Below the pieces are notes generated by a model that was not told the DNA's origin, ran no database searches, and saw only the letters and a program-made list of their open reading frames with translations. The position numbers and the translations under genes are program-made. A DNA stretch of 63,270 nt. It comes from Phoronis australis (lineage: Eukaryota > Animalia > Phoronida). This document shows, in pieces, positions 1 to 15,000 of this stretch; positions within the stretch are counted from its first letter, which is position 1; every line of letters begins with the position of its first letter. The stretch lies in contig NMRA01000257.1 of assembly GCA_002633005.1 (NCBI GenBank), positions 1-63,270 of the forward strand. Direction: 5' to 3'.

Positions 1-3000
1 CGAGCCAAGATGAGGCTGGTTGTGCTATGTAGGAACTGGAAAAGGATAAAACGTCAAACAGAATTGGTCAGCCAAGTGGAATATATAGTATGTAAAATGG
101 TAGTTAAACACTTAGCCTATGCTCTCACATAATGTTTTCTGAGGTGGATACTTTTAGTAGGTACATCTCTAGGGCTGAAATGGTCCATGTTTTGGTTTTT
201 GGTTCATGATTCATTTTTGCATAATATTATCATTTTCTCAGAAACGTTGGATGTACACCAAGGCTATCCAGAAATTAAAGTAACCTGCATGTAACATGTC
301 ACAAACCCAGCAATTGTGTTAGACGAGTGTGTGAAATTAGTAGAAAATCCTCGTACTAAAGTTGGATAGATGTGATATTACACCCCTTATCTAGACAATT
401 TAGCATCTTGTACAACTGGACTTAGTTCAATGGCAGACTTTACAACTCGCACTAGGCATGTCCACATTCAAAGGCGAGAGAGATGTTATCTGAGCATGTA
501 TGATATATCCCCAAATGGGAACACTTTCTCACAGTCACACTTAACACATTAACACTGACAGTCACCGACCAGGCCACTGCCATTGGTTCACAATCACCAT
601 AAGAAACACAAACTCCTGTTGAAGTACTGTTGACAGTAGTACTTATTACTATCCTCGTATAACATCTCTATATACAAGCGTTACACATCACAAATTTTAC
701 TGTTTCATCACAAACACCCTTAATTAAAAAAACATCACTGGTCACTTGTCATCAGTCAACTAAAACCAATGGACAGTTATTATTATATTTTTCACTGACT
801 TGCTTAAGAACACTTAACACAGACCTTTAGCAATTAGATAACATGGAGGTGAGTACAGACTGCATCCAAGATTTGTTGTCAAAAGAACGGTTTTATGACT
901 GCCCTTCGCCAGGTACAAACTACATACATGTTCTTAGTCTGGGATGCTGTAAATATTTGACTGGCCAGAGAGTTCTGGGGACATCCAATAGAGCCACACA
1001 CCAAGTTCTGACCATCTCGGCTCGACAAGTCCGGTGGATTCTTCAGCACATAATAGACAGGTGCACCCACAGACAGGTACTTGCTGACGTTGCCAAAATA
1101 GTCGAGTACGTAGGAGCCCTAAAGAGATAGTACAAGTCAATCAGTATTGTGCAACTTAAGGTCAAGTTCATATTAACAATAGTTTGATACACATTGACTG
1201 TTCTCAGTTAAAGAAGACTGGAACACTTGACAAAGACGGCAACCGCAGCTTTTCTAAATCAGTAATACCAACACGCAATGGCCAAGACAAGCTGCAGATA
1301 CTGAACCGACATGGTTTCAAGAGGTTTTCTTTTACTTATAACATGCACTAATGAGAAACTGCTACACTGTAACCACGAGTAGTGTCAGAGTATACTACAA
1401 TTTTATGTACAACGTACACATAACCTCACATAATCTCCCGTATTACACAGCGACACTTCATCACAGCATACAGACATACTGGCGAATGGCAGAGACTATT
1501 CTCTTCATTGCAACACACATTAACATCAACTCATGGACTGAGAGTAACTCTTTCATACCCTTGGCATAGACAAACTTTGATCCAGCCCTACATCCACTTT
1601 ATAAAGCAAGGAGGCACAGAAGCATAGCCAGCCCACAAACACCAGCATCTGCAAGAAAATGAAAACATTCTAATAATTCAACTTCATCACTTGCACATTA
1701 AAAACAGACTTGCATTTACAAATTACCAGGTTATATTCCTGAAAGACGATCCTATGAAGAGAAGCAGGCTGACAGCTGATCGGCTATGCATTCTATAACA
1801 ATCACTCATAACTTGTCCGATGACATTCTCTAACAGTCAAATGAGGGAGAAAACTACGGAAATTGCTTTGGATCAATCAGAGTAAAAAGTGAGCCAAATA
1901 AAATCTGAACAAAAGTAATACCATTAAAATTATACAGTGACTCTAATTACATGTGACTAGTAAACTTGTTGCCCAAGCTAAAACTTGTTGTTATTCTTTT
2001 ATAACACAAAATCTAACTAAGCAAGCACGTATTTGAGAAATAATTGAGGAACTTTGACTTTTAAAGAAAACTTAGTGATTTTTTGGATTCCCGCCATGTG
2101 ATGTCATCAGTGTAAGACGTTGATCAGTTGAAAGCATAATGCGCAATTATGGCAGATAGTATTACTTTTGTAACTTTTAAAAACTTATAAAGAGCGAGCT
2201 TGAGGAGTATTGCGAAGACAGGTAAAGAGATGGGGGTGAAGACGACACTCAAGCCATAAGTGAAACAGGTAATGAGTTAGACTTCGCCATATCGGCAGAC
2301 TTTGCGTGTTTGAGGCCATACGAACTCGATCCCACCTCCCGCACCGGCATCTTCGGCGAGTGAAGTCTAGTCGAAGCCAACTCAGTCTGTGGACAGTCCT
2401 GATTTCAGAATGGTAATTAAAGCCTTTTATAATCACAATTTAACTTTTTTACCACTTCAGTGTCAGGTAAAATATGTGTGTCAAAGTTCAGTCGAGAATA
2501 GCGGACACTGATTTCTGTATTTAACTGGAATGGCAAGTGCGTTAGTCAGTTAACCCCTCCCAGTCTAAAATACTACAAATAACAAAAGTTGCCATACCAC
2601 TACAGGTCTGATGTAGTCCTTCATTAAGAAGTGTGAATAGTGATTTTTGACAAAGTAGAACAAAAATCCATCTTGCTTGGGAATAGGCTGCCTTGAGCCT
2701 TTCACAAAACACAATACATCGAGCCGACTGTCCTACAAGTACACAAGCAATCAACAGGGTTAGGCTACTTGGGACACTTTGAGCGACTTATAACAACATA
2801 CTGGTATTCAATATTAACTTTTGAGTACATAATGTTTAAGGGCAAATTTTTTTTACATCAAAATATCTAGAAAACTTAAAGATCTGAACCAAAGTGATGT
2901 TGCAATGGTACTTTACGGTGTCATACAAAAGATAAACACCATAGAGGCACTAGTGCACGACACACTAGTGTATGACACACTATTGTGTAACACATAGTGT

Positions 3001-6000
3001 ATGACACACTTACTAGTAAATGACACACTAGTGTATGACTCACAAGTGTATGACATACTACTGTATGACACACTAGAGTATGACACACTATTGTATAACA
3101 CATAGTGTATGACACACTAGTGAATGACACACTAGTGTATGACACATTAGTGAATGACACACTAGCGTATGACTCACAAGTGTATGACACACTTAATGAC
3201 GCACTCGTGTATGCCTCACAAGTGTATGACACACTAGGGTATGACGCACTAGAGCATGACACACTAGTCTAGTGAATGCCACACTTGTGTATGACACACT
3301 AGTGAATGATGCACTAGTGTATTACAAACTGGTAAATGGCGCGCTAGTGTATGACACACTGGTAAATGGCGTGCTAGTGACTGACACACCTCTTGACGTT
3401 TTGCATCCCATGACATGACACCAATCAAGCAAGAGATCTGGAACAGGAAGTTGATGATGACGGCCAGACCAGCGTAGAGGGAAAAGGAGCGTACTGCAGG
3501 CATTGAGGTCATAGCACCTAGCAAAGATAGCAAACAGAATTAATATACAATGAAAAATGCACAGAGTAACATTGGCTTAGTCCCGAAAAGTGACTTACAT
3601 CAACGGAAAGTTACATCAATGACGGTGTTACCATAGTTACCATAAGTTAGGCCAAGAACAATTAACTGGTTTTGGTCTCTGGTATTTTTGAAAATCAAAT
3701 CTTAGGCAAGGTCTTATTTCAGTTGCTCACTTGTTCAAAAAAGAAAATCAACCTGAGATGAGCAATAGGGAGGTGTTTTTATGCAGTTCTTTAAACCCTC
3801 TCAGGCAGCTTGGCCCAAATTGACGCAGTGGCCATTTTTAATTGTTTTTAGTCGGTGAGTGCAAGTCTCAAAATGAGTCTGAGTGGGGACCTGAATCAAC
3901 TATGATTTTTTGGCCTTGCACGCTACTCAAAGGCCACACCACTCGAATCACCTCCTTAGACTTCAACATCAACTCTACCATCCACACTTAGGTAATTCAG
4001 TACGCAACAGAATACATAACAGATAATTTTATGTAAAGGGACTTTGACAAGGACTTGGACTAAAAGAACAAATTGTAATTTCAATAATTATCTAGCATAA
4101 AAGACTGCAACAAAGAAAAATAAAATATCAAAACACGATAACTTCGTAATCCTGTAAGGACACATCTTAGAAAATATCCGCAACACACAAAATAATTTCA
4201 TTCATCTGATAGGTATATTGAGTGGATCTGTTCTTTTTGCACAGATGGAAATTGATGTACCCATAGTGAACAATTAAGATGGTCTCATTAGCATCCATTC
4301 ATTGCATTGTGACGGCACAGCGATGTACGGTGAACGTGACTGGCTGATAAGGTCTCAAATTACGGTAAGCGTTCAGGCAAAATTGACCTGCCTGTTTAAG
4401 TACTCAACAATTAGGTTTCCATGAAATGAAAGGCCTTTAAATAATTCCCGAATCTGTGCGGGTTTCCATCGGGTAAGAAGAGAGAATAAAGATTTCGCTA
4501 ACCATAATTTCCCATCCTACTCGTTTTGTTGCAATAGCTGGCTACGGGCACAGATCATCGGGCCTAGGGAACATTGGAACATCGGAACAGGAAAATATCA
4601 GCTACACCGGTCCCTTGGAATATTGTAAAGCATCGAGTCTTTCTAAACTGTTTGGAATCTATTATGTTCATTGTCAAATAAACCATTGGCACCCGAGTGC
4701 TTAACAGAGCCAAGCCGGTATACTCTTTCATTTAGAACTGTCGCTGTTCTCTTTTGATGTGTAGTTTTGGAGTCCCGCGCGAGTTCACACACTTGAATCC
4801 CTGGAGTAGGCCTACACTTTACATTGGCAACAGCATGTGACAGACGACTCGTATGTCGCGCACATAGCCCGAGAAACAAGTAAAGAGTTTGAGAATTTAT
4901 TGGTGACTCAAAAACTACTTTGCTGAACATAAAGACGTGGTCGTCGTTTCGTCATTAATAGGATTGTCATTTTCACATTACTTTACTGTCTTTTGCTATT
5001 ATACGAAACGAGACTTACATTTCTAAATCACGATCGTCTGCTGGGACTGCTTGCATGCTAACAAAGGGACTGACTGGTGCCGCAGTGTGATATCAGGGAT
5101 TTTGTCATGGATATTTGACAATAAAAACATATTAGAACGTGAAAATAAATATATTTTTCCACCACAAAGTTGATTGTCTAAGAATTAGTAGAAACACCGA
5201 TGTTTTGTGACATTTTGTGAAACACACCAAAGATCTATTCTCCATTATCCCATGTTCACGCGACATGTTTACAAGTCATCAGGAGGTCTGTTCTCAGTCG
5301 GTTAGTGTTCTTTTGAACTTGATTTGGCAACAACCAAATAATGGTCGGATCACACGAGTTGCTTTATATTTGCCAGGAATCTGCCGAGATGTGTAAAAAC
5401 TCATCTCGCATATGTTGGAAGTTCTAGGTCGCATTTTGCAACTTGATATGAGCTGGCAAAAATCTCAGCTTGCATTTCCAAATTTCAGGTCGCAAAATAA
5501 TGCAACCTACAGCTCATTATGTCGAGGCCTGTTCAGTGAAGCCAAGACGCTGACTCACCAAGGAAGAAGGCAACCATTTCTGACAAACTAGTCAACAGCA
5601 TGCTGGGACCAATTTGTCCAACTATCCTGCCGATCTGTTCTTCACGCGTCTCTAGTGGACCACGGATGTCTCTCTGCAAAGAAACAATTTATCGTACTAT
5701 ACAAGCCTGTACAGTAAGTAACTGCTGGGCAATAACCCATAGAGTTATTTTTCCCCATGGGAAATGATGACTTGGCAGAAAAATGGGACAAGCATGCTGC
5801 AATGCTTAGGGACGATCAAAGGAAAAAAATGAAAGAAAGTAGAATATAGTATCATTTTTGAATAATATATTGCTCAAAGTGGAGGACAAATAAATTATCA
5901 CGGGGCAAAGTCCTTTGTATTCATTTCCTGTATCTGAGCCCCTCATGGGATTTGGAGAAATTATTACCCAAGAGGCACTAGACCCAAGAATAAGTAGTAC

Positions 6001-9000
6001 CTCCAAATCCCACAAGGAGTCTTGCCATGTTATAATCTATATACACATGAAATCAGGTACTACAATTTCTTATTATCAGGATGACAGCAGCAAAAACGAT
6101 CACTAAGTCACAGCTGCGTACCACCAAAACATACACCATAGTTCAGGTATAAAAAAGTGCTCCACTCATACTTAACTCACACGAGAAGTTTCTAAGCCTG
6201 GGAAGAACCGATTGTTCGTCATTACATGTTCTTCTCGAATGAAAATTACTTGATTTGTGCACACAGTGGTTGTACCTAGATTCGTTAGGATGGATGAAGC
6301 AGTATTGAGGTATCTTGTACAGACCCATGATTTAAATAACTTGAGGAAAATTGCTAAATGTTTAATCAATGCTGAGAAATGTCGAAATGAGTTTCTTGAT
6401 GTATTAGTTTAGATATCCTGTAATCTATTATATATTTGTAATGTGGGCCGAAGGCCTATTTACATGAAATAGAGAATCCTACATGGCAAGCATCGGGATT
6501 TTGATGAAATTTCCAATAGGTTTTCCCCATGTCATAAATCTGAGACGAGTGTAGGATTTGTTTTCTCACATGAAACGTAAAAATGTTCTTTTATGCTTAA
6601 AAACTCGATGTGTCTAAAACTTTCAACTACACGACGCAACTTTTGTAAAAATACACTTGCGCAATGATAAGTAATTCAGTTACTTTTTGTTAATAGGTTT
6701 ATTTCAAACTTAACAAATGTAAATTGCATTCAGCTTTTGTAACAAATATTCAAGTTATAAACTAAAAAATAGTCTTTGAAGTCATAATATTAAAACGTTA
6801 AACATATCTATAAATAACAGTCAGCAAGGCTTTCCTGCGCGTGAGCACTGAATTGACCTTGAGACAACACAAGCAGACAGTCTCGCCGTGTTTCTTGAGT
6901 TGGGGCTCGTCTCCATTTGAATGACTGTGGATATAAAATTCGCCGCCAAGATGGGGATTTGTTTAAGAAGTTGTTTGCATATCCTTCAGACTGGGAGTAC
7001 GTACAGTTGCGACACCCAATTTGTCGATTATAACCTTGACACCTTCTCGGAATTCAGGCATTGTTTGGTTGGCACGCGTTTGGTTGTTTTAGTGTTTTGC
7101 AGACGATAAACTGTAAGGCGTATGGATTTCTACTTTGCACTACTTTGTGATTTGTCCATGTAATATCAAAAAAATTACGTACTCGGTGTTATTAACCAGT
7201 CGTGTCGTAACATATTCCAGGTCATGTGAGAAATACATTTACTCAAGCATGGTTGACACATTACATGAACGGCCTAGTCTTATTGAGCAACCATCTGAAA
7301 TCCCAAAATCACTTACTTGATACGTTTGAACTAAAATAAATATGTTGTCGACACCAACAGCCAAGACGAGGAATGGTACCACTTCATAGACAATGAGAGT
7401 AGTGCGCACCCCAAAGTAGCTGAAGATACCGAGAGAGCTTGTGACGGATACCGCAACAATAACAACACCACACATGCCCAATGAGATCTTGGAGTCAATC
7501 TGAGGATGAAGAATAACAATGGCTCAACAAACAAGAGGCACATCAACTACAAAATCTAAGTTAAGGTTATGTGTACCCGTTTTGAAAAAATACTACTAAA
7601 AACATTAGTGCTAACTATGGAAAATCCCAATCTCGGTTTTGAGCATTTTTATCTAAGTTTTGAAACACAAAATGAGGTGAAAGCAGGTGAATTCAGAAGG
7701 TTCTTTTCCCCTATCTTTCAAAACATGATATTTCACCTGACCACGAGAATGGTAGTGTTGTGAATGACATGATTTTTGCCTCGACTCTTAGTTTCAAAAA
7801 TGTTTACAATTTTGTGCATTGAGTCTCTAGTTACTTAACCGATATTTCAAAAAGACAGCATCAGCCTTTTGAATAGTGGACCATGCACAACATATACATA
7901 GGAGTATCACTAAACACATTTCTTAACAGTATAAACCAAACAACTTTAGAGCTTTTTCTTATACTTCAAAATTTTCATTTAAACGACATTCATTGCTTTT
8001 AAAACAATCAGTAAGATAAGTGATAGAAAACCTCGTTCTGAGATACAGTTCACACCAAAAAGACAAAAACACCATTTCCCTGTCATGACGAGCAAGTCAG
8101 CCAGCACATTTTTTCCAGATTATTCCCACAAAAAGTGACAGTTAACGACCAAATATTCCAGGATGTAATTTCTTTTCACAATCTTCCCACGTCGCCACAA
8201 CAGACCATTATACAAGTCACGTGAAGCACACTCACTGGTTTCTATGTATCAGACGAGTGTAGTGTACTGTATACAAAACACTGCCACACCTTGGTGAAAA
8301 CTTGCCATTATACACAACACTATAAACCTATTGTCCTCTTTCTTGGCTGCCTGATCCCATGGTGAATGAGGTGAAAGTTTTACTACCTTGTGATCAGTCA
8401 AAATCTCTTTTTTGCAATTAGCAAAATGGATATGGTTTTAACAACCAATGAAGACTGACACGTGAGTGTATGCATCAAATTATGTGGCAAAAGTTATGCA
8501 AAAACAGCTCCCTTACATCATTAGTGGAGTCACTATATGTCAAGAAGTAAAAAGAATTTCCCGACCATTTAATAAATTGGTATGGCCACACAAAAATCTC
8601 ATTATACATTAATTTTATATAATACCCTGTCACTTCCTGATGCAATTTTGATAAGCATGCAGTCACGTGGTAACATGAGACCGAAATATGGTATGTCGCT
8701 GTCGTGTTCACAGCCTAGTCAGGAGATATTGTTTGTGATTGATTAGATCTTAATAGGAACTATAGTGAATAGATATTTTCATACAATTAATTCCAGGTAA
8801 ATCTACCATTTGTCTCAGTCATGATTATAATGATGTTCAACTCCATTGCCACATGACCACCTTGATGGCAATGTAACAGGTCAATCTGTTCTATTATTTC
8901 CTACATGTACTCACTGTACTGGTTAAGAAACTGACAATATACAAACAAAGCCATGTGGCATAGCGAGACAAGAGTCCCTTTCCTATACTAAAGGTCGTGA

Positions 9001-12000
9001 GTTCGAGTCCCACTAGGGCACACTACTGAATCCTTGAGTCAGGTCTCTAGCTCCTCAGCTCTGTTGAAGCATAACAATGGTTTCAGGCAAACAGTGTAAT
9101 TGACCCACCTGAGGGGCCAACGCAACATGTACCAGATTGCCTGCAATCATTTTATTACAACAAAGCGGTTTCAGAAGCTCTTCAACACTGCCAAGGAATG
9201 CAGCAGAAAGGCGTCATGGAAAACTTACAAAGAGCCTTGATAGTGAGTGGACCTGGCCAAGAGCAAGAGAGATGTAGACAAACATGACCAAGTAACTGAT
9301 AAGGACAGTTTTCTCGTCACCAGCACTCTCCGTGGCGATTTCATCTTCAATTGATCGCTGAAAATAGCATTGATCTTCTTACCAATTATAGTCAAGATAT
9401 GCAGCTGAATCTATACCTCGTTCACACGAAACTGCTTCGTTCTATGGGTGAAAAATAAGTGGAATTTTTAACTCGAATTTCACAGAAAAATAACTTTTAG
9501 ATACTAGTAGAACTATTCTGAACATCAAACAATGGAGCGAACACATTTTACGAAAACATTGAGAAACACTAATTATGAAAAAAATCATGACGAACAGGAA
9601 GATGATCTCATCAATGATGCCACCGCAAACGGTGTGCTTCTATGGGTGTTTATTTGTATTACAAAAAATAGCCATTAAATGACACCGAATCAGAACGACC
9701 AGGAAAATGATGCCATCAACAATGCCACCGCAAACGCTGTCCTTCTAGTGGTGTTTATTTGTATCACAAAAATAGCCATTAGATGACCCAAAATCATGAC
9801 GACCAGGAAAATGATGTCATCCACGATGCCACCGCAAACAGTGTGCTTCTAGGAGTGTTTATTTGTATCACAAAAATTGCCATTAGATGACACACAATAC
9901 ATTTAACCCATCCAAAAAAGGGAAAGTCCCTCATATAACTATTAGCAATTTCATGAAAATCTGTCAAAAAAACTCCAAAGATACAATGAAAGCACTCGGA
10001 GGAGCGACACCTGGCGAAATCAACTAAAAAATACGACGACAGAGTTGATGATGAAGATAATGAATATGATGATGATGATGAGGGTGATGATGAACCATAT
10101 GATAACATTCATACGATGAACGTAGATGTCATAAATGAGTAAGAAATAGGCTCAGTCTTGTACATAGCAGGTAAACTTACAACAGTGCAGCAAAATTGGT
10201 CAACAAAGGAACAGCGTTTTCAGAAAATTCGGCAAATGTAAAAAAAAAACAAACTGCCATTAGGAACCAGAGCCATAGTCGAATCCCTCCATCTGTTGTC
10301 AAGTTAATAAGAATACAATTTGAAAATTTCAAAAACAACCTTGCAAGGAGTTTAGGACATATAGCTATAGATGCGAAAAGTGTCACTATGGGGCACAGCG
10401 GTCATTGGATTCGTCTGAAAGTCGTTATTGTCCATTGCCTACTTCATCTAAATACATTTAGTCTTGTTAACTTTAATAAAGATTCTGCAGAGGATTTAGG
10501 AGATACAGCCATGGGTGCAATAAAAAAAAAACTACCAATGGGAGGTGCCACAATATTTGAAGTCATCGGAAAATCATTGTCAGCCGTCCCCTTCATAGTA
10601 AAAACATACATGCCAATTTTTACAGTCATCCTTAGAATGGTTTGGTTGATAGAGGAGCGTACGCCAAAAAACAGTAAAAATGGCCACTAGGTGGCCCAAA
10701 CTACTTTGAATCTGTCTAAAAACAGAAGGATAGCATCACCTCACTAATAGAAGACTATCAGCCAAACTTTACAAAAATCCGTTGAGGACTTTTGAAGATA
10801 CAGAGATAAAAGTAAAAAACTAAAATTGCCACTAGGGGGCACACCAGTGGTTGGATCTGTGCGAAAGTGCACTCATGTTATCCCATCCATGAATGGAACA
10901 CATGAACATTACAATAAAGGGTATGGAAGATAGATCAGCAGATGTTGGACGGATGCCGGACAGGAATAACGACATAATACGCTGACATAAAAATTGTTTC
11001 TATGAAGCTGCTGCCAACGTTACAAACTAGGAAGCCACAACACTCATAACATAAGTCATGCCTTACCTCTGCTGAGAATGACACAGTGAAGTTCTCATTG
11101 GAGTATTCCTTCATGTACTTAATAAACTCAGCCTCCCAGGCCTCAGCATCTTCATTGTCCGTATCATGTACATGGTTGCTCACAACAAATGTGATCACAA
11201 TAGCAGTCGCGTTCAGGTAAGCTGTGCCTGTAGGTTATACAAGTGAGTTGTTTAGTCATTATTGTCTTGTCTCTGAAGGTTAAGAAGACTAATTGTAAAT
11301 GCCTGGTTGAAAACAAGACACAAACATCTATGGGGCTTTGCCTGCTACTTCCAGACAAAACATGACCATTATGAAGTGGGTGAACTCTAATAAACTGGCT
11401 TTATCATGATGATAACAATAGGTCTGTCCTGAATTGAATTCCACTCTGGAAAAAATCATAGCATGACTAGCCAACTTATTTTAAAATGTCAGGCACCCCT
11501 ATGTTTATTAACAAACGAACAGCAATACATTGGGTAACCATCAGATATTCGTCTTTTTGACAAGTTCTTAGTATTAATAGAACAACTCACAATGCATCTA
11601 ATACCAGCTTGCATGAATCACTATCATGTGATAGTGGCTAGTACATTTCCAAGTCAAGAACCAGGACAAATACTTGACAGTTGCATCCTGGGTACCTGAG
11701 AGTTTGAGTGATGCAGAGCTATTTCTACACTGGTTCTACTGCGCTCTGCCATCAGACCAGCAACTGATATGAAGTGACCGGTGTAGAATGGTTCCTCAAC
11801 CATTTCAAAACAAGCAAGTTTCTTTGACACTATTTTATCTTTAGTTAGACATTGCCCGAGCGATGTTTGAAGTTCAAAACAATTTTTGATCATCGCGTAG
11901 AGATGTTTTTGGAATCTTCAACTGGTTAACTGGATTTAATTAGGAAATTTGATAATTGCTTTTTATCAGACAATGCTTAGTTGTTAGGGCTTGAGCAACA

Positions 12001-15000
12001 AATTGAAGTGCGTCCCCTTAAGGTACATGGCGGTAATCACCGAACGATGCCAGGTTTTGCATTTGTGATGGGTTGAGTCCCGGCCCAACCTTCCTATTTA
12101 TCAAATGTTTAACTCTTTCAATAAATGCATTCTATCACGTCACGCTCAGTCCAAAGTAATGCTGTAGGAGCTTGAAAAGGTTGGACTGGCAAAGGAAACT
12201 TAATATCTAAAAGTTTCTCAAGTAAGTCTTCAGAATGTCCATTTTCCTAGTGAAACCAAGAATGTTGAAACTTTCGATTACCGTTAAATCCACCTAAGAC
12301 GACCCAGGGCTCCACAGGTTGCCCAGATTGTGCAAGACAACTGGTGTGCAGATGTGATGTATCTTGAATAGCGGTTGGATTACTGCAACCAGAGTATAGC
12401 AAGCATTTATCAAAGAGTTATGTTATCCATGTTCTGCCTTAGCATGTACATGATGTTTTGGGCTACTTAATTCAATGTGGCTGTGTTTTTTGTGTAAGGA
12501 TTACTGGGAGAAAATGTGTCTCAATTTCAGCTACAATCCTCTAAGCATCAGTCACAAATCAGCAGACACCAAACCAATGGAACAAATCCCCTACTCGCAA
12601 CCCTAAACTACACACACAAGCACTGTGATGCTTGAAACTTGGTGCCCAAACTCCAGTCCCTGGGACTAGATTGCGCACCTGGGCCTGGTGAAAAATCTGG
12701 TATCCTGAGGTGGAATTTGGTGACTTAGTAATGAACATTTTCATTGAATGCGTACATGTAAGGGCAGCTGGTCTAGGGATCTGTACCACGAGTTTGGTGT
12801 ATACTGGTCCCTGATTGGGATTTCTGGGATTTAGAGGATTGTAGCTAAAATTTAGAGGTTTGAAAAATTCATTTTCCCACAGCTACTAGAATTGAGACGT
12901 GCTCATTTTTGACAACTAATATCTTTCGAAGGAGAATAAAAAAATCAGAGACAACTTTCCATCCGCTATAAGACATGAAACAAGAGTGGACAGTGTCATG
13001 TGAATCAGCCCATGAACTAAATGATATTGTGTGAAGAACTACCAAAAAGAGTAGAAAAACAAACGATCAATAAGATTCGTCACATAATTGAAACCAAGTG
13101 TAGTTTTCCGAAACAAATTGCATATGGGTGGTCATGAAACAAAAGATATGATTTCATAGAATATGAGAATATTGCATTTTTAAAAAAATCACCCGAAGTT
13201 TGACAATTATGATCTCAACTCTGGAATGTCCCACACCATCCGATGTTGCTTGCCAATGTCATGTAAGTTCGATCTTACTTCACAAAAATTGACAATACAA
13301 ATAAATTGCTACAGGCAGTGATCCGATATTATTAACGTGCTTGCACTTTGAGAACCAGTTTTCTCCACTGAATAACAGACATCGAACTGGTTCTCAAAAT
13401 ATGAGCACATTACATCCAACTATTGACGTGCTACATTTAGCTAATATGCAGATGGGATAATCAGAAATCAGAAGAGCACTTAGTGTTATTAAGCAGGAAC
13501 AATTGTTACCTAGTACACGACTGAAGATGGCTAATCCAGTCAGCATTCGTGTGATTGAAGTGCGGCTCTACGGACTCCTTGTCAATCATGGCATGATCAT
13601 TTTGGAAGTACTGTAGAGGACTCTGAATAGTGCAGTGGTTGTTATCTGGAGCAAGGGGCTTGTAGCAGACATCTTGCAGTGTGATGGTCCTGTTTGACAT
13701 TCTGACTGTAATATTCTGTATGGCCAGCTGGAGATCCAAGACCTACAGCAAGAAGAAAATACAATTATTTCATTTGTCATGCACGCAACAGAGGGCTCTC
13801 AAATCAACCAATATGAGCTACTCACGGAACTCTTAATTGCAACCCAAATGAGCTTTGTAAAATGCCAAGGTTTCACTAACAATCTGCCATAAATCTTTGA
13901 ATCAACGTTGATCATCCTTGTTGTCGAGGACACCATCTTGCTTAGCACTAGTTGACGACCAACAACTTCAATTACAGTTCAACATAGTTACAGTAATCCC
14001 CTAAACAAAAGCTCAAAAATTAGTGAGCCTTTCATTCGAGCTAAACAAACATACTTGGTGAAGGAAGTCCTTCCTAACAACAGGTCCCATGGGAGAGTAC
14101 ACTTGGCGGTATGGGTAAACGTGCTGGTACATCCACTGACTTAGGTTGTGAGGTGTGATTATCAATTGCTCTGTACGATAGAATGGTCTGCAATGAGAAA
14201 CAGAGCGCTGCCAAACCAGTACGCAAACATTAACAGAACACAAAGTTAAGTAGTAATAACTATGGATGACAGAAATTCTAACAAACATGACATCATAAAT
14301 TTACAGGAGAGTTCAAATTTGACCAGTGTTTTTTTGCAACAAAATGGTGCAATTTCATTGCGATGGGTAAAAAGCAGTACCAATCCCTTAAAGTATTTCC
14401 TAACTAGAAAGCAGGTTGAGCAAAACCATACCATACCATACCATACCATACCATACCACATCAACTGGGAATATTCACTTACTTCATACAACAAGGAAAT
14501 GCTAGTTCAAACAGCAGCGGCACGTGATTGCTAAACTTACCCAAAACTCGTATCAAAAATGTTCTTTTGTTGACGTGCCCAACTGTCTGGTGCCGACCAC
14601 AGCTCTACTGGTTTAGTTAGAGGAACGGTGGGTATGAGCATTCCAAGTGAAAACGCCAAACCAAGAACCAAAGCAATAAGGACAACTTTGAATGGATTCG
14701 AGGCACATTTACAGCCCCACCAGTTGAACAGAGTATTCAAACAGTGTTCTAAACCGGCACCAATTCTCTCGAAGCAACCGATATCATCTTGTATAACTGG
14801 TTCGCGCTTAGCTGGCTTGGGCAATATCACAAGTCCGTCTTCATTCACTGACATGCTGTTTTGACAGCATATATAGTACGACACGATTGTTGAAGTAAAA
14901 AGCACAAAGAAAGTCGCGTACACAATGGCACATATCACTGGATATCCTGGAAGTTGCAACAGTTTAAATGGTTTAGGGGGCGGTGGTGGAGACGGTGGTG

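Noticed and set aside
2913-3262. Ser/Tyr/Thr- and VCHTL-repeat ORFs
   Set aside because: Translations of the 15-bp intronic minisatellite.
4260-5110. CpG-richer block with 95-aa ORF 4643-4930
   Set aside because: Probably a repeat relic, but no termini, TSD or protein motif could be established.
10196-10690. 164-aa ORF with apparent paralogues at 30734-31494
   Set aside because: The similarity comes from a non-coding repeat family; frames and stops differ between copies and no domain is recognisable.
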